The position numbers and the translations under genes are program-made. A DNA stretch of 63,460 nt, counting the filler, from Reticulomyxa filosa (Eukaryota; Protista; Foraminifera), in assembly GCA_000512085.1 (NCBI GenBank). It is 18 parts of 18 records of this genome, joined end to end, with 100 filler letters (N's around TTAATTAATTAA, not from the genome) between each part and the next. Parts side by side here need not be neighbours in the genome. Positions count along the whole stretch, not along the records: positions 25,166 to 27,970 come from ASPP01020300.1; positions 28,071 to 29,454 come from ASPP01011690.1; positions 29,555 to 30,653 come from ASPP01046483.1; positions 30,754 to 50,187 come from ASPP01023458.1; 14 more parts are not named here. One strand, given 5' to 3'. The notes under the pieces were generated by a model. That model was not told the DNA's origin. It saw only the letters and a list, made by a program, of their open reading frames with translations, and made no database searches. Within the stretch, counting starts at the first letter, position 1; every line of letters begins with the position of its first letter. Below, piece by piece: positions 25,232 to 34,753 of the stretch.

Positions 25232-27008
25232 GGTCGTGAAAGAGTATCTTCGTGCATTAATATGGATCCATTCGTACTATTACAGTGGGGTGTGCTCTTG
25301 GGAGTGGAACTATCCGTATCATTATACGCCATTGCCAAGCGACTTGACGAACATTAAAAAACGAGGAAAGAAGTTGATCATAGACATGCTGTCGCAAGTG
25401 AAGGGACAGCCAGTGTCGCCGCTGACGCAATTGGCGCTGCTGTTGCCTCGCAAAAGCGCATGGCTGGCACTGCCACCGGCGTACGCCGACGTGGTGGCGC
25501 ACAAAAACTCGACCATTGCGAACAAGTATTACCCGGAGACATTTGTGGTGGACTTGAATGGCAAATATAAGGACTGGGAAGGAGTCGCGCTTTTGCCCTT
25601 TGTCAATGTGGCAGAGATTCAAGGCGCTTTAGAGCAATGCAAGAGCGAGCTGACGTCGCAAGAGCAACAGCGTGATGTCCTCCATCAGCACGTGCTGTTC
25701 GCACATAAGGATCTCGACCCGGCTGTGGTGGCCACCAAATGGGGATGCGTGATCATGGGCAACCCGAATAATATCACAAGCACAGCGGGGAAAGTGTACG
25801 AAATTGATATCCCTTGTGCGTGGGCAAAGTGTGGAGCACCTCGTGACCAAGTACACAAAATGCAGACATTTGATTATCTCACCGACAACGACTTCCAATA
25901 TCGCGCAAACGTGTCCAACCAAATGTTTGCGACGTTCAATAATGGCTTTAATCTCAGACTTTCAGTCCTTCGAGAGAAGCTTGAGCACATGATGTGGCGA
26001 CAAAAAAACAGGTCAAATTATGGTAATTGGGCCATGCCCAAAAAGCATCAGGATCAAATGAACTACTTATCCTTTGATAACAATACTATCCCTGGGACAG
26101 ATCTTCCTTTTTCTTTTGTCAATTCTCCTTCTGCTACTACTACTACTACTGCTGCTGCTGTCCCTTCTTCTTCTTCTTCTTCTTCTGCTACTACTACTGG
26201 CTTATCTGTCAATCCCATCAAAGCTATCAATGGCATCCTTCGGCAAACCAATATATCTGCCGATGTCATTGATGCCATCAATTCCATCCTGAAGAAAACC
26301 TCCATCTCTGATACTCCCAATGTCGATTCCGATTCGTTCAATCCCAAAGTCACAATTGCAATCAAAAAGAAAAAATCTGATACCAAAACTCCAAAAACAA
26401 AGACAAAAACAAAAACAAAAACAAAAACAAACATGGAAACGGAAGCAAAAGCAGAAGCAAAAGCAGAAGCAGAAGCAGTAGAAATGAAAACAAAAAAGAA
26501 AAAAAAAGCGAAAACTGAAACCAAAAGTAACAATGATAATAGTAATGATATCGATGCTGATATTGAAGTAAAAACACATCTTACAAATATACCCAACTTT
26601 AATCAGCGGTTGAACGACTCTCCGAATAATTCAATGTCACAAAAACTATTAAAACAAGAAATAATTTCCTCGTCGACTGAACAACCAGTTACAAAAACTG
26701 CCAAAGAAATCAATATGAACTCCGCAACGAGTAAAAAACAAGTAAGACCAAGACAGATAGTACCAAGACAGATGGTACCAAAACAAGTAAGAAGACCAAA
26801 GCAAGTAACACCAAAGCAGATAGTACCAAAACAGACAGTACCAAAACAAGTAAGAAGACCAAAACAGTTAATACCAAAGCAAGTAACCCCAAAGCAGATA
26901 GTACCAAAACAGACAGTACCAAAACAGATAGTACCAAAACAGACAGTACCAAAACAGACAGTACCAAAACAGATAGTACTAAAGCAAGTAATAGCAAAAC
27001 AAGTATAA
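25232..27008 (+). CDS. XRN family 5'-3' exoribonuclease, last exon, with low-complexity and repeat tail
   Basis: EYLRALIWIHSYYYSGVCSWEWNYPYHYTPLPSDL, P..QLALLLP and YYPETFVVDLNGKYKDWEGVALLPFVN are conserved XRN region-2 motifs. Confidence 0.93.
26735..27005 (+). repeat. Coding 15-nt minisatellite (pentapeptide PKQ[I/T/V]V)
   Basis: Units such as gtaccaaaacagaca / gtaccaaaacagata, interrupted by 18-nt PKQVRR variants. Confidence 0.95.
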
Positions 27009-27488
27009 GTAACGCTACAAACCGAGCTGTTTTTCCCCTCAGCCGTTATTCTAGCTGTAGAGATGCTGCCATTAATACAGTTAGCAAATCATCGGATTCT
27101 GATTGGATTTGACAAAACGTTTAATTGCAGCGTGAAATTGTTTTATTTGAGTTAACATGATATAAATTTGCTTATAAAATAATACTTTGTAGGAGTACTA
27201 TTGAGATATTTTTGTGATTAAATGTTTTAAGATGGAAATGAACCCATCTTTTTTATTATTTGTTTCAAGAAAAAAGTCCCAAAGAAATATCGTGAAAAGA
27301 ATAAAAAAATAAAAATTGAGATCTTCTTTAGGTCAAGTCCGACGATCACACAAAGCACTTGAGTTTGTCGTAATTTAGTCATTCCGATTTAAGTAATACA
27401 TGTCTAAATTCCTCAAACTTCACATTTAAATTTGCGCACAAGCTTTTTTTCAACAACACGCTTTTCGAAAAAGTAGAACCGAATTCAA

Positions 27489-27865
27489 ATGACCTCAGTT
27501 CAAATCGTCAACAAAGATCCCTCTCAATCAGGTAATCGATAAGAAGAGGAGAAAAAACTGACATGTATATATGCATATGATATGAATTATTAATTTGGTC
27601 CGATACACTTTGTGAACCCACTGGGCGTCCAGGGACCGAGAAGAACAAGTCAGAGCAAGACATAATAATCGACAGTGCGGAATTTCCTCCATTAAGTCAA
27701 TACACGAGACATAACTTCGAAGTGCCAGGGAAGCGAATAGAGAGCCCTGCGGATGTCGGTGTCTTTCTGAAGTCAAACGCTTACAAAAAACTCAACCAAT
27801 TTTTCCAAGACTTGGCAAAAGCTGTGGAAGCCAGGAAGCTTTCTGTTCCATGCCGCATATCTCCA
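27489..27865 (+). CDS. PP2A phosphotyrosyl phosphatase activator (PTPA), N-terminal exons
   Basis: Reading FEVPGKRIESPADVGVFLKSNAYKKLNQFFQDLAKAVEARKLSVPCRISP matches the PTPA N-terminal pattern F..P.KRI....D...F..S.AY..L..F...L..AV...KLS. Cut by the contig end. Confidence 0.75.
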
Positions 27866-28070
27866 GTTTTGGAAGCACACAACATTTTTTTTTTTTGATT
27901 TGTTTGACGGAATGAAAAGGTTCAGTAAACACATATGCAAAAACAAAACAAATTTTTTTTTTTTTTTTTTNNNNNNNNNNNNNNNNNNNNNNNNNNNNNN
28001 NNNNNNNNNNNNNNTTAATTAATTAANNNNNNNNNNNNNNNNNNNNNNNNNNNNNNNNNNNNNNNNNNNN

Positions 28071-28614
28071 TTTTAATTATGCAACGATCTCCTAAGTCTT
28101 GATTTGGTCTTTTCCACGCATATTTGATGCCATCACTACAACATAAATTAATCTTTGTTTAGTCTGAAAACATAACTTTCTTCTAATCATATACTGTCCA
28201 ACTTTTGTGTTCGTTGGCAAATTCAAGTCTTGCCTTAATATGACTTTCTTCTAAATTTGGCTTCTTCTTGATTACAGCAATTAAACTATTTCTTTTAAGC
28301 GTTCTTGTTACTTTTGCATACGAAACTTTAGTTTCATTATCACTATCTAATTCCTTTTTTACATCTTTTGCTGTTTCACACTTTCCAGAAACAAGCCACC
28401 TAACAATTTTACGCTAAGTACGCATATGAATTTTTTCAGATATTCCAGATCAAGTCTTTATATTTACAATTCCTTTATCACGATAAAGGGTACGACACAG
28501 TATTACATATCCAGGACTAGCACCAAATTTTCTAGCAACTGATCTGATGCTAAATCCATCAATTAACATACCAACATCAACTCCTTTCATAAAAAGGCTA
28601 ATATGCTTCGCCAT
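28071..28614 (-). mobile_element. Tc1/mariner (IS630-Tc1-mariner) transposase relic
   Basis: MAKHISLFMKGVDVGMLIDGFSIRSVARKFGAS (HTH)...ETAKDVKKEL...VSYAKVTRTLKRNSLIAVIKKKPNLEESHIKARLEFANEHKSWT...KKVMFSD*TKINLCCSDG, i.e. the Tc1 W..V.FSDE block. Multiple in-frame stops. Truncated by the spacer. Confidence 0.9.
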
Positions 28615-28759
28615 TTCAAAATGACAAATGATATGATAAACTTCAAAATAAAAAATATCAAAAAACAATTAAAAATATCACAACAAAAAATGAAAATAAA
28701 ATGAACAATGAAAAATGTTCACTTTTTCTTTTGCAAATTTAATTTTTGTTTTTAATCAA

Positions 28760-29454
28760 TATTATCTCCTTTTCAGTAAATGGTAAACCATTGTTTACAT
28801 TATTTAGTTCTGGATGTTCAAAAGTCGTTCAATTTTTGTATTTTTCAGAAAGAAACATACAGAATAAGTTGACATTGTGATTACAACAACGTTTTTCCAA
28901 AAACTCATTCTTTTTTGTAATTTTGTTCATTGTTATCTCGAAATTTCCATTGTTCAGATTTAAACAATAATTCATTTGCTGTATTGATATATCCTTCACA
29001 ATTATTTATTATTGTTGTCTATTTATCTTTTGTCTTTTTTAACAAATGGCATGCCATTATTGACAGTATATATTACTGCACATTCAATGGAAGTTAGTCC
29101 TAGAGCTCCTCCTTCTTCAAGAAAAATAGAAAATAAATTAATATCATGATTGCAGCAACGTCTTTCTATAAATTCTTTTTTCTTTTCTTCATATTTTTTA
29201 ATATTATTTGACTGCAGCTTCCATTTTTCAAAGATTAATAAAAATTTAATAATTTGATCAATTCTTACTTGGGTATCATTTAAAATTAAGTATATAAGAT
29301 TTAAGTCAATTTGATTATTCCACATTGCACTTATTTGCATAGTTTGTTGGATATACTGATCATATCTTACCCATGTCAATAATATCATTTTTGTATATTC
29401 ATCTTCACTATCTATTTTTGCATTCCATGCATATTGTTCTTTATGTGTTTTCTC
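28760..29454 (-). pseudogene. Lineage-specific hypothetical protein with a tandemly duplicated RCCNH domain
   Basis: ORF 29023..29388 ends ...WKLQSNNIKKYEEKKKEFIERRCCNHDINLFSIFL...TVNNGMPF. A second decayed copy (..WKFRDNNEQNY..EFLEKRCCNHNVNLFCMFL..VNNGLPF) lies directly after it at ~29010-28760. Confidence 0.65.
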
Positions 29455-29555
29455 NNNNNNNNNNNNNNNNNNNNNNNNNNNNNNNNNNNNNNNNNNNNTT
29501 AATTAATTAANNNNNNNNNNNNNNNNNNNNNNNNNNNNNNNNNNNNNNNNNNNNT

Positions 29556-29597
<42 letters not shown>

Positions 29598-29681
29598 AAA
29601 ATTAGAAATAGAAAACAAAATCAATGAATTAAAAAAAAAATAAAGCACATAAAAAGAAGTTGGCTCTTTTTAAATGAATAG

Positions 29682-30653
29682 AAACATGAACAAGTGATTG
29701 ATAATAAAATCGAAGAATCTGCAATCAACAATAGAAGTTTACAAAAAGAAATGGAAAAAACAGAAATGGGTGAAACGAGACCGGGAATTAATTTGTAAGG
29801 ATATTGCACAAATGACATCTGCTTGGCATCCAAACTGAAATTGCCAGTATGGATTAATATTGGATTTAATGCAATTTCAATCGTTCCGGGCAAGACTTTG
29901 TTTGATTGTATCAATTGCAAAGAAGCAACAGTCACAGCTATTGTCAAAGCATTGTTTTACAACTCCGAACATGCCATTCGTGAAAATGATGATGCAACGA
30001 TTGCAACTACCAATGCCTATAAATGTTCATATGCAATCAAACCTGAATTTTCATATGAATTGAAAGCAAACAAAATAAGACAACATGCAACGAATATCGA
30101 TGACTTGATAGAAAGAAGTGAACATGCAGTGAACAGTATTGAAATCAAAAATTTGGTGATGGAGTTGCAGAAATATGAAATTACAGTTGTGAAACCACCC
30201 AGTTTAAAAGGAAATGAAACAATGCTAACAAAAATTCAAGAAGATTATATTGATAATTTCGATCAAGCATTTGATATTGGAAGATTTACTATTCTGTGTG
30301 ATAACTTAATGCAATTACATAACGCTGTTGCTGTAATGAAAAAAGCAGAACAATTTGATTTGATTGTCGCTGAAATTAAGGATTTCTTTGACAAACAATC
30401 AAAGACACACGATCGGTTTCATCATATTACATTGTATGTTCCAAAACATGATGTTTATATTGAAATGCACGCAACATTGAAACATTATACTACATTGGAA
30501 GGATATACTGTGATTGAAAATCCAAAATTGAGTTCTTCATTTTATGAACTAATTCGGGTGTGGACACCAAATAGTCCAAAAGAAGAAGAATTAAAACAAG
30601 CAAGCGCTGAGGCATTAACAAAAATGAATGACATAATTTGTGAATGGATTGAC
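29682..30653 (+). CDS. Cys-rich domain plus RelA/SpoT-like nucleotidyltransferase domain protein; 3' truncated, one in-frame TAA (29796)
   Basis: PGINL*GYCTNDICLAS..VWINIGF...CINC, then SLKGNETMLTKIQEDY..DIGRFTILC..IKDFFDKQSKTHDRFHHITL..IEMHATL. Motif order and spacing match RelA/SpoT synthetase motifs. Confidence 0.6.
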
Positions 30654-30753
30654 NNNNNNNNNNNNNNNNNNNNNNNNNNNNNNNNNNNNNNNNNNNNTTA
30701 ATTAATTAANNNNNNNNNNNNNNNNNNNNNNNNNNNNNNNNNNNNNNNNNNNN

Positions 30754-31600
30754 AAAATAATTACCAATTAAAATAAACAAAATAAAACATGAAGGATCAA
30801 GTATATGGCACATATCCGTAAATTCGATCAGTGTGTGGAATTGTTAAAAGAATACAAAGACAAAGGAAAACCAATGAACCAAGAAGAATATGTAACATAT
30901 GTTCAACTATTGATATATGAATTATATGTCAACAATAAGCAATTCAAAGAAGCTATCAGATTTTTGAAACTAGATCAAAGATTAGAACGAGCAGAAAGAC
31001 AAGTATAAACATGTGATTATCTATTTCCCTTGCATCTTACTGGCTTCTCTTGCACTTTTTTTTAAAAAAAATGGATTTGGTTCAGGTTTTGATTGATGAT
31101 ATCCGAAAACGTGAGCGCACTGACAAATGGAACACCAGTACATCGAAGTCACAATTGTTTGGCAAAGACAAAGACGAAGATGAATCGTCTGATGATGAAT
31201 TTGGCAGTGATAGTGGCCAAAAACAAAAAATAGACGGCGATACGACCAAAAAAGATAATGACAGCAACAATGAAAATCAAGAGCAAAAGCAAGACACACC
31301 AAACGATAATAACAACCAATTGACAACTGGTGTCACACATATTTCCAGCATTCGTAACTATTTCTTCATGTTCGTTGCTGTCGCCCAAAAAAAACAATTA
31401 GGAGCTACTGGTCTAAAACTCATCTGTTTTTAATGTTTCGTTTTGTTTTTTTTTATTCTCTTCTTTACTCAATTTGTTGAATGCCATCATACTTTTAAAG
31501 CTTTGAAAAATTGCTCACGTTTCTATATTTTTAACAGCACTTTATATTATCTCTGGAAGATTGCGAACACCAATCCGAATATTCGAAACAGAATTGGAAT
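30754..31600 (+). CDS. Hypothetical tail-anchored protein fragment, possibly PEX26/Pex15/APEM9-like
   Basis: Helical exon YVTYVQLLIYELYVNNKQFKEAIRFLKLDQRLERAERQ, intron, VLIDDI, then an acidic linker and a C-terminal hydrophobic segment. Confidence 0.35.
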
Positions 31601-31876
31601 GATCATGAGTGATTTCAAAACGATGCTTCAAATGGGGATTGGAAAATCCAAAATTAGTGCTTGATAAATCTTGTATTTTTTTTTGTTGATTGTGTTCTTC
31701 CGTTCCTTCTTTTTATAGAAATGTCGGAGAAAGCAAATTTTTGAGTAAATTTGAGACAAAAAGTTTTATAACCTTACATTACGTTAATACGTTGACTCTA
31801 ATATTCTGCTTGTTTTCCGTCAAATCAAACTGGAGAATTGGGGAAATTTTTAAAAAAATTATAAAGACTAGAATCG

Positions 31877-34293
31877 ATGTCGAATTATTCGCAATCACAA
31901 AAAACCTCTAACAACAACAACCTCTTCATTGACTACAATTCCACAAAGTAGTAGTCATGAGAGTGAAGATAGTACAAAATCACAAAGCCATTCTAGCGCA
32001 AATATTCCTTTCGAGGAACCATTCGCAACGCGTCCTCAAATTGGGTTTATCAACGTGGGTGGTATAGATCCTCAATTTTCGACTAACAGTGGTGACGCAA
32101 TGTCGATGAATCCTCCTCGTTCAAATCCCTTTCAATCGACTTTGCCAAGAAAGATGAACCCGAAAATTAGCAAAATAAGCACAACAAGTAGCGATCCAAA
32201 ACTAAGTGGTTTGATATTGCCAAGCAAGGCCCATTCTATACACAATCAACAAAGCGGCAATATTAGAATGAAATCCGTCAACAGAAAAGCGGCACCATCA
32301 ATCCCACCTTTGGTGCTCCCTCACCAATCGACATATGTCTCATCGACACATCAACGAAACAGTCACACCCCACAAGGCCAAGTCCAACAAAAGTCTGATC
32401 TACCATTTCCAGTTCGTGCTTAACTCCGACATTTTTTTTTTTGTTTTAAATTGCCAATATAATGAGCACTAATTTTATGTTGCCTATTTGAGAATAAATA
32501 CATATCTATACAAATATATATTATATACATATATTAAAAAAAAGAAATTACCCAAGTCACAGCATCATGGTCAGTTTTCAAATCGAGACCGTGCACTTGG
32601 AGTGAATGAGTCTCTTTTGTCTCCAACGCCCGTATCAGCATCTCCATCTTCACCAGTTTTAAGACAAAGAAACTACGTATCTCTTTTTTTTTTTTTTTGT
32701 GTTTGAGCTCTGAAAAAAACAACACATATGCACAAATTACATTGAAATAAAATAATAATAACAACAATGAGAACAACATTTTTAAAAAATGGTACATTAG
32801 GGTCATGGTGTTTCGAATTTGATGAGTCATCAAACATCAAACCCCAGATATCGAGATGACCAAATGGAGTTTAGTCCCAGTCCAAATCCAGACCAAAACA
32901 ACAGTAACACGATCAGTGCAATGATTGGGTTGCTTGGCCCTCGACAGTCATTTACTTCGGAAGCGACTTGGCAACAGCAATACCAGAGTCAAAATCCAAA
33001 TCAAACTCAGAATCAAATTTTAAATTCAAATCCAAGTTCGAGTCATCAAGGACCACCACGAGCAAGTCGAAGTCACCCAAACAAACGAAGGAGCGACGAA
33101 ATGTTTTCCAGAACAAGCACGAGCACAAGCACAGAAACAGACACAACGCTTTCTCGTCAAAAGAAACGACTGCGATCTCGATTCAGCATAGCCAGCAGTG
33201 TGGGTAGTGGTGGGATATCGGGACAGTTGAATAGACATGGCCATGTTCGATCAATACATCCAAGCGGCCAATACGAGCACTCAACAAAAATAGCGACGCA
33301 CCACACAGTAGGAACATCATCGAATATGAGTGTCCTCAGCAATGCCGCTACGAGAGTGCGACGCCAAACTTTGACAATGATCGATACGATCGTGGACGAG
33401 TCGAAAAATCCGTTGACATTACCAGTGCGAGCAGCAATGTACGGTGGTGTAACACCGCTATCGCCACAAGTACCAATATTGAATGGGACTCCCGTCACGT
33501 ATCCCAACACAACCCATTGCAATGACTTATCGCACGAGCAAACATCGACAACGGCCTCTTCACTCCATCCCAATGTCGGATCGATGCAAACACCATCGGG
33601 CTCCTCTCTGATTTCACCGCCGGTCAATACAGCACAACCGACCTACACGGGCACGCCGACCACACAATCCAATGTGCCAATGCAAATGCAAATGCAAATG
33701 CAAATGCCCATGTCAATGCCAATGCAAATGCAAATGCAAATGCCAATGCAAATGCCAATGCAAATGCCACCACCAGTGCCAATGCCTGTGTCCGTTGCAA
33801 CATCGATGTCAGCCTCAGCTTCAACTTCAATTTCAACTTCAGCTCCAACTTCGACTTCCATGCCACCACTCGTTCCTCCACCTGTTCCATCAATGTCCTC
33901 TATGTCGACATCCACGCAAGTGCAAGTACCAGTTGCTATTGCGAACAATGTGTATGCGAACAATGCGACATTTGCGTCACAAACCAATCATCCACGCACA
34001 GACAACCTCGTTGCTGCCAATGGAAAAATGCAACGGCGACATCATTTCAAACTCAATATTAAAATGCCCAATGCCACCACGACGATGACGACTACTACTA
34101 CTACCACGTCTGCGCAGACAGCCGAGCCATTGCCATCTTCTGCAACGCATTTAAATCCACACAATTACGGTAGGAGTGTGTTGGTCCGAACTCCAGTCCA
34201 GGCCATTACTCCTACCATTTCAATCAATGCAAAACCGTCGGGGGGAATTGCTGTGAAACTGCCAATGACACCACAAGAACAACTCCCTCGGTC

Positions 34294-34326
<33 letters not shown>

Positions 34327-34720
34327 TACGCATTTGACATTTGGAATAGTAAATTCTCGCAACTACAATTACAATCATCACTCAAGTCATACACATAATC
34401 ACAAAAACGCCGTTAGGTCTCCCACGACACACTATGATGTGATTGTCAGTGGTGCTCATGACACAACTCAAAACAACGTTCGCAATACAAATTTGTCCAA
34501 TACCATGGCCTTTGATCCCAACATAATGTCATTTTCGCCTTTGCCAAACTACACCGTCGAACCAAGTTTCTATTCCAACACAGCGTATCCCCACCACTTC
34601 CCATCTGCTCCTTTTCATTCCCATGCAAGTGGTCATGAATACGACTATGGCAGGAACTACAGTCATAACAGTGCGAATGACAAAGACGACAATGACAGTG
34701 ACAACAACAATGATAATGGC

Positions 34721-34753
<33 letters not shown>

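Noticed and set aside
26063-26997. Antisense hydrophobic ORFs (LVLSV repeats)
   Set aside because: Shadows of the XRN low-complexity tail and minisatellite.
29796-29798. In-frame TAA where a sense codon is expected, suggesting stop-codon reassignment
   Set aside because: TAA, TAG and TGA all end intact genes here (XRN and thioredoxin, ACAD, PKG). A nonsense mutation or sequencing error is simpler.
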